DNA of 39,846 nt from Rhodoferax sp. OV413 (GCA_945861195.1 CAMATS010000001.1:1-39846), one strand, 5' to 3'; shown: positions 13,147 through 21,579, counted from the stretch's first letter. Notes: generated by a model from the sequence alone, not told the origin. A program made the numbers and translations.

Positions 13147-14064
13147 TCAGCTGCCAGCATCCTGTTTGGCCACCGAGCGGCTCAGTTCTCGCGGTGGGTA
13201 GGACGAAGCTTCGACACCGTGCTGTGCCAGGCCGGCCACGAACAGGGCCTCGATTTCAGGCGCAGCGCGGCGCAGTTGCCACTCGCCCAAGGGGGTGTGC
13301 AGCAGCACGCGCAGCCAGTGCAAAACCCGCACCCAGCCGGGCACCCAAATACGCCGCAGTCGGCGCTCGATGCCATCAGCAATCATGCGTGCTGCGGCGG
13401 TAGGCTCGACGTCGCGGTTCAGGATGCCTGGCATGGTGGCGCGCAAGCGTACAAAACCAGGGTGCATATTGCCCTCGGTCACCAGGGGCGTCTTCACCCA
13501 GGTGGCATGAATCAGCCCGAGCCGCACGCCATGGCCGGCCAGTTCGATGCGCCAGGCATTGCCCATGGCCTCTACCGCGGCCTTTGAGGCCGCATAGGCC
13601 GACACGCCTGGCGGATGCGCAAAGGAGGACACCGAGGCACTGATGGCGATATAACCGCGGCTACGCATGATCTCGGGCAGCGCGGCGTGAACCGTGTTGA
13701 AGACCCCAAACACATTCACCTCGATGCAGCGCTGCCATGCCAGGGGGTGTGTCCATGCGAGCGGTCCGAAAGAGGCAATACCGGCGTTGGCCCACACCAC
13801 ATCAATGCGGCCGTGCCGCAGCAGGGTGCGCGCCACCATGGCCTCGCAATCGGCTGGCAGGCTGACATCCGCAAGCACCGTGAGCAGCTTGCCGCCGAGT
13901 GCTGCTGCGGTGGCCGACAAGGCCTGCGGGTCGCAGTCGACCAACACCGGGATCGCTCCGCGTCGCTGTAACTCAGCCGCGGTGGACGCCCCGATGCCCG
14001 AGCCCGCGCCAGTGATCAAAATCACCTGCCCGCGCAGCGCCGGCAGTGCGGTGTCGCGTTGCAT
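13147..14064 (-). CDS. Short-chain dehydrogenase/reductase (classical SDR, probably NAD-preferring)
   Basis: TGAGSGIG, acidic residue at end of beta2 (VLVDCD), NAG, catalytic YAASK. Starts immediately after the DUF2269 gene stop. Confidence 0.9.
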   Translation of the reverse strand: MQRDTALPALRGQVILITGAGSGIGASTAAELQRRGAIPVLVDCDPQALSATAAALGGKLLTVLADVSLPADCEAMVARTLLRHGRIDVVWANAGIASFGPLAWTHPLAWQRCIEVNVFGVFNTVHAALPEIMRSRGYIAISASVSSFAHPPGVSAYAASKAAVEAMGNAWRIELAGHGVRLGLIHATWVKTPLVTEGNMHPGFVRLRATMPGILNRDVEPTAAARMIADGIERRLRRIWVPGWVRVLHWLRVLLHTPLGEWQLRRAAPEIEALFVAGLAQHGVEASSYPPRELSRSVAKQDAGS

Positions 14065-14523
14065 TCAGTTGGCCTTGTTGATCATCAGGTAGATGATGGG
14101 CAGCGGCACCACGGTGGCGATAGCCCCGGCAATTTGCCAGATGCGCGAGAGCCGCAAATATTCGGCGGTGACGGCCAAGTCGCGCTTGAGCAGCATGCGC
14201 TGGCGCAATTGGATGGGCACCAGCACCAGCAACCAGATCAGCCCCGAGAGGGCGAACAGACCGTAGGACCAGGCGATCCAGCTCTGGGCCGAGGCGCCGC
14301 CGTAGTTCTGCGCCATCGTCGAGCCGGTTGCCACCAGCAGAATTGCGCCGCTCAGGGTGAACAGCAGGTCAGTAATGAGCACCAGGCGGTTGCTGAACAC
14401 GATCACCTCATAGTTGCGGGTACGTTCTGCCAAAGCAGCCCAGGTGCCGCTGACCACGACATTGCCCAGAAACAGGCAGGCCGAGAGCACATGGACGATT
14501 TTTACCGTGTCATTGACGACCAT
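14065..14523 (-). CDS. DUF2269-like integral membrane protein
   Basis: K.vHvlsa.lflG N-terminus, D..FT motif, W...lvPiQ, C-terminal YLM..K; four TM helices. AAGGAG RBS just after the crtC stop. Confidence 0.75.
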   Translation of the reverse strand: MVVNDTVKIVHVLSACLFLGNVVVSGTWAALAERTRNYEVIVFSNRLVLITDLLFTLSGAILLVATGSTMAQNYGGASAQSWIAWSYGLFALSGLIWLLVLVPIQLRQRMLLKRDLAVTAEYLRLSRIWQIAGAIATVVPLPIIYLMINKAN

Positions 14524-14536
14524 AGCGCTTGCTCCT

Positions 14537-15760
14537 TTAGTTCCAGCGCGGCATACGCCAGGGCAGCATCAGCCGCACTGGCAGGCTGCTCAGGCGTTGC
14601 GCTTGCAGGGTTTCATGTACCGCGGTCACCGCCTCACCAAGCAGGCTGGTTTGCAGCAGGCTGCGGTTGTAAAACGGCGCGTCCTCCAGGGTTTGCAGCA
14701 GTCGGGTTGTGGCGCTGTCGTCAGCCCGAACCGAGCGCTGTATTTGCCAGAGGCTGCGCGGCAGGGCTACGGTCACGGACGGAGGCGCAAATGCCTGGGC
14801 CCGGCCATCTGGGCTAAAACGCTGGGCAATCACACGCTGCACACCGTCGGCTTGCCGAATGTCGTAGAGCACTGCTGTGCTGCCGTCTTTGAGGCGCGCG
14901 CGCGACCAGTCCCAGGCCTCGAATTGCTGGTCTACGGGCTCATCGCCCTCATTGCTATCGAAGTAGGCTTCCCCCTTCCATGAAATGCGCGGGTTTTGCA
15001 AATCGACCTCAATGCGGGCGCAGGCGGCGATTGGTCCCCAGCGGTGGCGTCCTGCCGTATCCAGCGGCGTCATGAAGGTAGACAAGGCCGAGGGGTATAG
15101 GCGCACACTGCCACGCACCGGGTAGGGCAGGGGTGCGCACAACTCATTGAGTTCAATCTGCAGGTGGTCGCCCTGCCAGCACAGGCTGCTCGGGCCGATG
15201 GCAAAGTGCTGTGGCTCCCGCTCCACACTGGCGCGGCGGCGCTCTGTCATGGCCCAGCGTTTGCCGCCCTTGCCATACAGCGCGACATTCAGTGCGCAGT
15301 GGTTGTCTGGGTCGACTGCTGCGCCTTGGCGTGCAAAAGCCCAGGCATAGTAGGGTGAAAAAACGCTGCCGACAAAAGCGATGATGCTCAGGGCCTGTTG
15401 GCCGTCATCACTGATGGCGTCTAGGTACCACCAAAGGTAGCCACCCGGCTTGACCTGCTGGTTGAAGCGAGGTGTGCCGTCACTGTCGCGGCCGCCAGTC
15501 GGCCCGACAAGGCGGCCATCGGCACCCCCGGACCCGGGTGTACGCTGCCCCCCGCCAAATACAGGCCCGGCAGGGCGCTGCTCGAGGACGGCCGCTGAAA
15601 TGGTGTCATCCAGCCGTGACTGGCCCGACCGTACAGGGCCCCGCCAGTCCCCGGGAACAGGCGGTTGAAGTCGTTGGGGGTGGTGCGCACCAGGCTTGCG
15701 CTCTCCAGCTGCAAATTCAGGCCGCAGTTTTTCATCAGTGTCAGGGCTTGGGCCTCGCAT
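14537..15760 (-). CDS. crtC: Carotenoid 1,2-hydratase (hydroxyneurosporene synthase)
   Basis: GGYLWWYLDAISDDG, IAFVGSVFSPYY, HRWGPIA, YFDSNEGDEP, WDWSR and LEDAPFY motifs. Start uncertain; the N-terminus overlaps crtD. Confidence 0.9.
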   Translation of the reverse strand: MRGPSPDTDEKLRPEFAAGERKPGAHHPQRLQPPVPGDWRGPVRSGQSRLDDTISAAVLEQRPAGPVFGGGQRTPGSGGADGRLVGPTGGRDSDGTPRFNQQVKPGGYLWWYLDAISDDGQQALSIIAFVGSVFSPYYAWAFARQGAAVDPDNHCALNVALYGKGGKRWAMTERRRASVEREPQHFAIGPSSLCWQGDHLQIELNELCAPLPYPVRGSVRLYPSALSTFMTPLDTAGRHRWGPIAACARIEVDLQNPRISWKGEAYFDSNEGDEPVDQQFEAWDWSRARLKDGSTAVLYDIRQADGVQRVIAQRFSPDGRAQAFAPPSVTVALPRSLWQIQRSVRADDSATTRLLQTLEDAPFYNRSLLQTSLLGEAVTAVHETLQAQRLSSLPVRLMLPWRMPRWN

Positions 15761-16971
15761 GCATCGATCTCCGTTGGTGTGAAACGTCTGATGTCGCCAT
15801 CAGGGGGGGCATTGACCAGGCACAGCAGGCGCTCGGCGCAGCCGGGGTTGTCGCTGTCGTCGCTTCTGTCCTGAGCGCAGACATACACCGTGCCGCGCGC
15901 GGGGAGTTGTCGACGCTTGAAGATGTCATCGAATTCACGCGCATAGTCAGAATCAAAGAATACATTGTGTCTGGCCAGTGCAAAGCCCTCGGTTCGTGCC
16001 CGGATCGACCAGGTGAGCGCCGACAAGGAGCGCTGCGCCTGTGCAATGGCCGGCACGGCAGCCCGCGCCTCGGCGCCGAGCAGGCCCTGGGCCAGGGCCT
16101 CGCAATCGCCATTGAAGACCACCGCCTGTGCCTCCAGCGACTCGCCGCTGTCAAGCAGCACGCCGCACGCCCGTCCGTCGCGCACCACAATTCGGCTGCA
16201 ATGTGTGCCATAGCGAATGCTGGCACCCTGGGCCTCTGCCTGCTCGGCCAGAACCTTGGCTAGGGCATGCATGCCCCCGCCAACAGACCATACGCCAGCC
16301 TGTTCAACATGCGCAATCAGCATCAGGGTGGCCGGCGCTGACCAGGGCGAGGCACCGCAATAGGTGGCATAGCGGCCAAACAGCTGACGCAGGCGAGGAT
16401 CCTGAAAATAACGCCCCAGCAGCTGCCAAAAGCTGCTGAGGGGGCCGATGCTGGTCAAGGCTGCCAGGCCGGCAAGTTTCAAATCGCCCGCCATTCCCAT
16501 CAGGCTGGGCTTTGCTGCCCGGATGTAGGACGGCTCCAGGTGCTGATAGATCTCGCGTGCCTTGGCACAAAACTCCAAAAAAGCCCGGGCCTGGGCGCTC
16601 GAGCTGAACTGGGCAATCGCATCTGCGGACTGCGCTACATCGGCATACAGGTCGAGCCGGCTGTCATCATCCCGCCAGGCGTGCCGGGCCAGTATGTTCA
16701 GAGGTTGCAGCGCAAGCAGATCATCCAGGCAGCAGCCCACCTGCTCAAAAATTTGATCAAACACCCAGCGCATGGTGAAAACTGTTGGCCCCGAGTCCAC
16801 CGCCACGCCGCCCACCATGATTTGCCGCACTTTGCCGCCAGGTGCCGCAGCGCCGTCCACCAGCGTGACCGCAAAACCCTGGTGTGACAGCAGCAAGGCG
16901 CTGACCAAGCCGCCGATGCCCGCGCCCACCACCACCACCCGGGGCGCGCTCAGTGCTGTGGTCTCAGGCAT
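15421..16971 (-). CDS. crtD: Hydroxy/methoxy-carotenoid 3,4-desaturase
   Basis: VVVVGAGIGGL, DSGPTVFTMRWVF, FGRYATYCG.SP and LAGGSVHPGPGVPMAALSG motifs. Lies between crtA and crtC. Confidence 0.94.
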   Translation of the reverse strand: MPETTALSAPRVVVVGAGIGGLVSALLLSHQGFAVTLVDGAAAPGGKVRQIMVGGVAVDSGPTVFTMRWVFDQIFEQVGCCLDDLLALQPLNILARHAWRDDDSRLDLYADVAQSADAIAQFSSSAQARAFLEFCAKAREIYQHLEPSYIRAAKPSLMGMAGDLKLAGLAALTSIGPLSSFWQLLGRYFQDPRLRQLFGRYATYCGASPWSAPATLMLIAHVEQAGVWSVGGGMHALAKVLAEQAEAQGASIRYGTHCSRIVVRDGRACGVLLDSGESLEAQAVVFNGDCEALAQGLLGAEARAAVPAIAQAQRSLSALTWSIRARTEGFALARHNVFFDSDYAREFDDIFKRRQLPARGTVYVCAQDRSDDSDNPGCAERLLCLVNAPPDGDIRRFTPTEIDACEAQALTLMKNCGLNLQLESASLVRTTPNDFNRLFPGTGGALYGRASHGWMTPFQRPSSSSALPGLYLAGGSVHPGPGVPMAALSGRLAAATVTAHLASTSRSSRVATFGGT

Positions 16972-16974
16972 GGG

Positions 16975-17730
16975 CTATGAACCAAAGGTGCGGCCACGCC
17001 AAACACCCCGCAGGGCCAGTGGCGAGAATCGGGCGAACATGGATTCAGAAAAAAACCCGCCACCGTATGCTGCCTGAATGGCTGCCAGATGTGCGCCTGA
17101 GCGTGCGTAGTTGTCCATGGCCGTCACGTCTGACCAGACGGTGAGCGTAGCTTGGCGTAAAAAAGGCGCCTCACCGACGCCGGTGGCCATCAGGCAACCC
17201 TGAGACTGGGCCAAGGCGAGCTCGCTGGCTGGTTGCATGCGCCAGAACTGCCTGGCTCGGCTGGGCCGGATCGAGGCGCGGGTCAGCGACATGATGGGGC
17301 CTGCGCTCGGTGCCTCTGCAGTCACCTCGATGTTGGCACCCGACCAACTACCCCGGCAGCTGTAAGCGCGCAATTTGGCGCTGAAGAATTCGCCGCTGCG
17401 CCGGGCATAGCCCTGGACCAGGGGCGAAGCCAAAAAGTTATCGGCCTCGTGCTCTTGGTCGAACAGACAAAACCGCGCCTGCCGTGAGCCGCTGGGTTGT
17501 AAGCCAAAGCCCCCCTGGTGGCCGCTGCCCAAGACCTTGGCGAACACCATGCCGGGCGGATTCGCAAGGGCTTTGGGGCCACGCACAAAACAACTGTAGC
17601 CCCAGAGGCGGTGGCGCGGCAATACCTCGAACAGCAGCACCACAGCAACCCTGCCGCTGAGCTTGCCTGCGCTTGGCTTTAGATCAGCTGGCTGCTCAGT
17701 TTTGGCAGGGGGCGGCGCCTCGGCGGTCAT
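16975..17730 (-). CDS. crtA: Spheroidene monooxygenase
   Basis: FAKVLGSG..GGF, GSWSG, LTRASIR, GVGEAP, H.AAI and FFSESMFARF motifs. pufC-crtA-crtD-crtC order as in Rubrivivax-type PGCs. Confidence 0.88.
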   Translation of the reverse strand: MTAEAPPPAKTEQPADLKPSAGKLSGRVAVVLLFEVLPRHRLWGYSCFVRGPKALANPPGMVFAKVLGSGHQGGFGLQPSGSRQARFCLFDQEHEADNFLASPLVQGYARRSGEFFSAKLRAYSCRGSWSGANIEVTAEAPSAGPIMSLTRASIRPSRARQFWRMQPASELALAQSQGCLMATGVGEAPFLRQATLTVWSDVTAMDNYARSGAHLAAIQAAYGGGFFSESMFARFSPLALRGVWRGRTFGS

Positions 17731-17794
17731 GGGGTCGTACTCAGCTCTGGCTTGAAGCTAGGAAGACCGCGGGCACGCAACACCGGCCAAGACT

Positions 17795-17829
17795 ACCCTG
17801 GGCTTGGCAACAGCCGCCAAGCCCAGGGT
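17795..17829 (-). terminator. Strong stem-loop downstream of pufC (terminator or mRNA-stabilising hairpin)
   Basis: Perfect 14-bp inverted repeat ACCCTGGGCTTGGC / GCCAAGCCCAGGGT with a 7-nt loop. No clear U-tract. Confidence 0.65.
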
Positions 17830-17847
17830 CTGGCCGCTTGCAGCCTT

Positions 17848-18891
17848 TTAAGGCGATGTGCTGACCACCGACACTTTGGTGAGCTCCGGGTAGTCTTTGG
17901 CCATCTTGGCGCCGTACAGGGGCTTGTTGGCACCTTGGTGGCAAGTGGCGCAATTCACCTTGGCCACATCGCCAGTCTTGCCCAGCCGGTTGGGCGGGAA
18001 GGTGGACGTGAGCGGCTCCATGTAGGCGTTGTTCAAGTCACGGGCCAGCCTGATGCCATGGTAGGCGGTGACGCGCTGGGGTGGTGCCTGATCCCAAGAC
18101 TGGAAGGCCCGGGTGTTGTGGCAATAGGTGCAGTTCACGCCCAGCGACTCTGACATATGCACCATCAAACCGTATGTGAACTCGGCCTGCTTGGTGGATT
18201 GCCGGTTTGCCGCAGCGCCGGTTTTGACCAAGGCATCATTGCCGTTCACCCGGATTGGCTTGTCCTGTTTGAGGTAAGGCGTGAAGGGGTCGTAGGGCAG
18301 CGAGCTGTAGCCGACCGAATTGGATGCCCGGTTTTGCCCGGCATCATCGCCCAGTGAGCCGCCGCTGTGGCGGCTCGCAGTGGGCGCGACCCAGATTTCT
18401 TTGGGCACCGGGTTACCCCGGTGGCAGGTGTAGCAGGTCACGCCAGTTTCGCCGACATGGGGTTTCCAATCCGCATTGACATGCTGTGTCATTTGGATCA
18501 TGCGCCGGGCGACGACCTTGGTGTACAGCGAGTCGTCGGCAAAATTAGCGACGTTATGGCAATAGGCGCAACCTTCTTTGGGCGAAACCCACTGGGTGAT
18601 GGACACCATGTGCCGGGTGAATTCGCCCACGCTGAGGTCGCCCAGCACTTTGACGTTTTGGTACACCTCTTTGGCGCGCGGCCCATCGGCTGAGGCCGGC
18701 TCTGCTGCAGCCGGTGCCCGGTGCAGCGCGGCCTGGCTGGCCAATATCCGGGGGTTGTAGTTTTGCTCCATGCCGGTGCCACGGTAGCCGTGTTGCACAG
18801 AGACAATCGGCGGACGCTCGCCGCAGCCGTACAAGACGGCGGCAGATAGCGCTAGTAGCAGGAGGCGTGAGGTACGAGCCCATGCGTTCAT
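17848..18891 (-). CDS. pufC: Reaction-centre-bound tetraheme cytochrome c subunit
   Basis: Lipoprotein-type signal (LYGC-GERPP) and four CXXCH motifs (CAYCH, CYTCH, CTYCH, CATCH). True start is ATG 18891, overlapping the pufM stop. Confidence 0.97.
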   Translation of the reverse strand: MNAWARTSRLLLLALSAAVLYGCGERPPIVSVQHGYRGTGMEQNYNPRILASQAALHRAPAAAEPASADGPRAKEVYQNVKVLGDLSVGEFTRHMVSITQWVSPKEGCAYCHNVANFADDSLYTKVVARRMIQMTQHVNADWKPHVGETGVTCYTCHRGNPVPKEIWVAPTASRHSGGSLGDDAGQNRASNSVGYSSLPYDPFTPYLKQDKPIRVNGNDALVKTGAAANRQSTKQAEFTYGLMVHMSESLGVNCTYCHNTRAFQSWDQAPPQRVTAYHGIRLARDLNNAYMEPLTSTFPPNRLGKTGDVAKVNCATCHQGANKPLYGAKMAKDYPELTKVSVVSTSP

Positions 18892-19865
18892 GGCTTGACT
18901 CCCAGAAGAGCGGGGTCCACGACCACCGGGAAAACCGCCGGATAGGACGGCACAACGTGGTGCTTGACAGACCACAAATACCAGTTGTCGACCACCGTGC
19001 CGGTCAGCAGGATGCCAATGCCGCCCACCAGGGGACACAACACCGCGAACCACCAGGCCCAGCGGTGGACTGACTCCATCGTGGCATTGAAACCCATGGT
19101 CCAGCGCCAGAAGAGTGCAGCGCGCTCAGAGGCCGTGCCGCGGTCGACGATTTGCTCAATCTCGCGCTCCCCGCCGTAGCGGCTGACCGCCAAAATGGTT
19201 GCGCCATGCATGGCAAACAGCAGCACTGAGCCGTACAAGAACACGATGGACAGGGCGTGGAAGGGGTTGTAGAACAGGTTGCCGTAGCGCAGCGAGAGCG
19301 CCGATACCCAATCGAGGTGGGGGAAGATGCCAAAGGGCACTGCCTCTGACCAGCTGCCCATCAGGACCGGCCGGAAAAAACCGCACACCAGGTACAGCCA
19401 GATGGCAGCAGCAAAGGCCCAGGCCACATGGGTACCCAGGCCAAGTTGTCTGGCACGCCGGTAGATGCGGGTCCACCACAAAAGTATGGATATGGTCAGC
19501 AAAAAGCCGGTAATCAGCCACCAGCCACCCTGGTTGAGCGGCGGAATGGACAGGCCAAAGCTAGGTGGCGGTGGCTCAAGGGCCAGCCAGAACAATTGAC
19601 GAACCAATTGCAGCGGATTCCAGTCCACCATGGCCAGCATATTGAAGCCGATGATGTTGAAGGCCAGGGTGCCAAACACCAGCGAGGCCACCCCCAGGCC
19701 GCCCAGGTAAATCGGTCCGATTTGTGCATTGCCCAGCCGGCCGGCCAGGTGCCAGAACCAGGGTGTGCCGATGCGTTCGCTGTCACCTTTGGGCAGCGCA
19801 ATGCCAGCCGAGGCCGGCCCGGTGGGCTGTACCGTTGTAAAGAGATTTTGATATTCAGTCATCAT
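18888..19865 (-). CDS. pufM: Reaction centre M subunit
   Basis: [35 protein letters not shown] and [11 protein letters not shown] motifs. Confidence 0.99.
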   Translation of the reverse strand: MMTEYQNLFTTVQPTGPASAGIALPKGDSERIGTPWFWHLAGRLGNAQIGPIYLGGLGVASLVFGTLAFNIIGFNMLAMVDWNPLQLVRQLFWLALEPPPPSFGLSIPPLNQGGWWLITGFLLTISILLWWTRIYRRARQLGLGTHVAWAFAAAIWLYLVCGFFRPVLMGSWSEAVPFGIFPHLDWVSALSLRYGNLFYNPFHALSIVFLYGSVLLFAMHGATILAVSRYGGEREIEQIVDRGTASERAALFWRWTMGFNATMESVHRWAWWFAVLCPLVGGIGILLTGTVVDNWYLWSVKHHVVPSYPAVFPVVVDPALLGVKP

Positions 19866-19880
19866 GTGCTCCTTGTCGCC

Positions 19881-20708
19881 TCAATGGCCCCAGATGGGCA
19901 TGTTCAGCCACCAGCCCCACCATTCGGGCCAACCACGGGTCCAGAACGGACCACTGATCACGATGCATAGCGCGGCGAACCACACTGCTGCAAGCGCCAG
20001 GAACAGGCCCAGGCGGTGGATACCCAGTGTGCCGACGGAATAGCCGATGACATCACGGAAAAAAGTGTCTTCGTGCTCGGGCGTTTTGACCACCTCACCC
20101 TTTTTGGGATTGGTCGCCGAGAGCACCAGACCGCCGTGCATGGACAGCGCCAGCACGGTGGCAAAGAACAGGCTTGCCGCGATCATGTGCGCCGGGTTGT
20201 AGTGAAAGTGAAGGTACTGGTAAGCGACATTGCTGACCCAGTCCAGGTGGCTGTAAATGCCATAGGGAAAGGCGTGACCCCAGGCGCCCATCAAGACCGG
20301 GCGAATGACCTGCAGCGTGAAATAGGCAAAGATGGCAAAGCCAAACGCGACTGGCACATGCAAGCCCATGCCCAGTTTGCGAGCGATTTCGACCTCGCGC
20401 AACGCCCAGGAGACAAAGGCGCCTAGCGCGCAAACCGTGATGATTTGCCACAGGCCGCCCTGCATCATGGGTGCAAAACGCAGCCCGTAAGACAGGTCTG
20501 GCGGCGCTATGCTGATTTGCCAGAGGTTCCAGGTGGGGCCGGATGCAGCCCCCCACAAAATCATGGCTGTTCCGACCAGGGTGAAGAAGGCGGTTGTGAC
20601 GCCAAAAAAACCGACATAAAAGGGCCCAGCCCAAAAGTCGAACAGATCTCCCCCGATCAGGGTGCCGCCGCGAACGCGGTATTTTCTTTCGAAACTTAAC
20701 ATCGCCAT
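19881..20708 (-). CDS. pufL: Reaction centre L subunit
   Basis: [35 protein letters not shown] and GIHRLG motifs. GAGGAG RBS. Confidence 0.99.
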   Translation of the reverse strand: MAMLSFERKYRVRGGTLIGGDLFDFWAGPFYVGFFGVTTAFFTLVGTAMILWGAASGPTWNLWQISIAPPDLSYGLRFAPMMQGGLWQIITVCALGAFVSWALREVEIARKLGMGLHVPVAFGFAIFAYFTLQVIRPVLMGAWGHAFPYGIYSHLDWVSNVAYQYLHFHYNPAHMIAASLFFATVLALSMHGGLVLSATNPKKGEVVKTPEHEDTFFRDVIGYSVGTLGIHRLGLFLALAAVWFAALCIVISGPFWTRGWPEWWGWWLNMPIWGH

Positions 20709-20771
20709 AGTGGCTCCTCAGACCAACGCACCGTCCCAGCGCGGGTCAGACACTAGATTTTTGTTCAAACA

Positions 20772-20833
20772 GGTGAGCGAAGCGGGCCGGATTGACCCGG
20801 CTTCGCGCACCACTGCGGCTTCAAAAGAAGCCG
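20772..20833 (-). promoter_or_regulatory. pufA-pufL intercistronic hairpins (mRNA stability / partial termination)
   Basis: CGGCTTC-AAAA-GAAGCCG (20816-20833) abuts the pufA stop. A second interrupted stem GGTG.GCGAAGC...GCTTCGC.CACC spans 20772-20811. Same position as the known puf mRNA decay barrier. Confidence 0.7.
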
Positions 20834-21025
20834 TTACTTTGCAGGCGGAAGAGCTGCATTCTGTGCAGCTTTTGCAGCCTTAACCGTGTCCGGGTGCCAA
20901 GTATTGATGTTGTAACGATCGCCACTGATGTGAATCAGGTGGATGCTCGTCGACACAAATGCAATCAGCAGTCCGGTCAGAATGATCGCCTTGCGGGGAT
21001 CAACAATTCGCCAATAACGCCACAT
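20834..21025 (-). CDS. pufA: Core antenna (LH1) alpha polypeptide, divergent
   Basis: MWRYWRIVDPRK N-terminus, TM helix with central His (IHLI), S.DRYN, position directly before pufL, AAGGA RBS. Confidence 0.85.
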   Translation of the reverse strand: MWRYWRIVDPRKAIILTGLLIAFVSTSIHLIHISGDRYNINTWHPDTVKAAKAAQNAALPPAK

Positions 21026-21039
21026 AGTTTTTCCTTAAG

Positions 21040-21264
21040 TTAACTCAGTTGAGATATCACGGTGTAGACGGCAGACTTGACGCTGTCGAGCATGGATCCC
21101 GTACCCTCTGCCCCTGGTAGCCAGGTGCGCCAGTTCATATAGAACAGTTGCCCGATGACCGCCAACAACATGAAGACACAAAAAATCACGACGAAAATCG
21201 TGCCAAACCCATCGAGATGGCTTTGGGGGATTGACGTGTCCGATTGAGCGTGCGAATAAGCCAT
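21040..21264 (-). CDS. 74-aa single-TM protein between pufB and pufA; LH-beta-like but lacking the BChl-ligand His
   Basis: GGAG RBS, one TM helix, WRTWLPG motif resembling the beta WRPWLPG motif. Confidence 0.75.
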   Translation of the reverse strand: MAYSHAQSDTSIPQSHLDGFGTIFVVIFCVFMLLAVIGQLFYMNWRTWLPGAEGTGSMLDSVKSAVYTVISQLS

Positions 21265-21288
21265 GAAACTATCTCCGTGAATGGGTTG

Positions 21289-21432
21289 CTAAAACCAGGG
21301 ACGCCAGATCCACACCAGACTATGCGCAACAAACGCACCCACACCCCACAGCAGGTAACCCTGCACGTAGTACGTGTGAAATTCCTGGCATTCCGCGTCG
21401 GTTAGCCCCGACGGGTTCATACTTTCAGCCAT
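21289..21432 (-). CDS. pufB: Core antenna (LH1) beta polypeptide, 47 aa (absent from the supplied ORF track)
   Basis: Manual translation: [47 protein letters not shown]. Has SGLT..E..EFH and AH.LVW.WRPWF motifs and a GAGGTG RBS. Confidence 0.95.
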   Translation of the reverse strand: MAESMNPSGLTDAECQEFHTYYVQGYLLWGVGAFVAHSLVWIWRPWF

Positions 21433-21467
21433 TTTTAACACCTCACTTCTAATGCCTTGCGGCGACC

Positions 21468-21546
21468 ACCAGGCCTGATAAGGGCCTGGTACGGACCACA
21501 GTCATGCAAGCATGACTGTGACGGAGCACCCCAAACTCACGGGTGC
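21468..21546 (-). promoter_or_regulatory. Three tandem hairpins in the bchZ-pufB spacer (structured puf leader)
   Basis: ACCAGGCC/GGCCTGGT (21468-21490), CACAGTCATGC/GCATGACTGTG (21497-21520), GCACCC/GGGTGC (21526-21546). Confidence 0.55.
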
Positions 21547-21579
21547 ATGCTCGGTAAATCGACATCGTTTGACGACTGC

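Noticed and set aside
18892-19053. N-terminal extension of PufC in the ORF track
   Set aside because: It overlaps pufM out of frame. The signal peptide and ATGA coupling place the start at 18891.
20718-20753. 11-codon GTG mini-ORF (VSDPRWDGALV) just before pufL
   Set aside because: No RBS and too short; probably chance.
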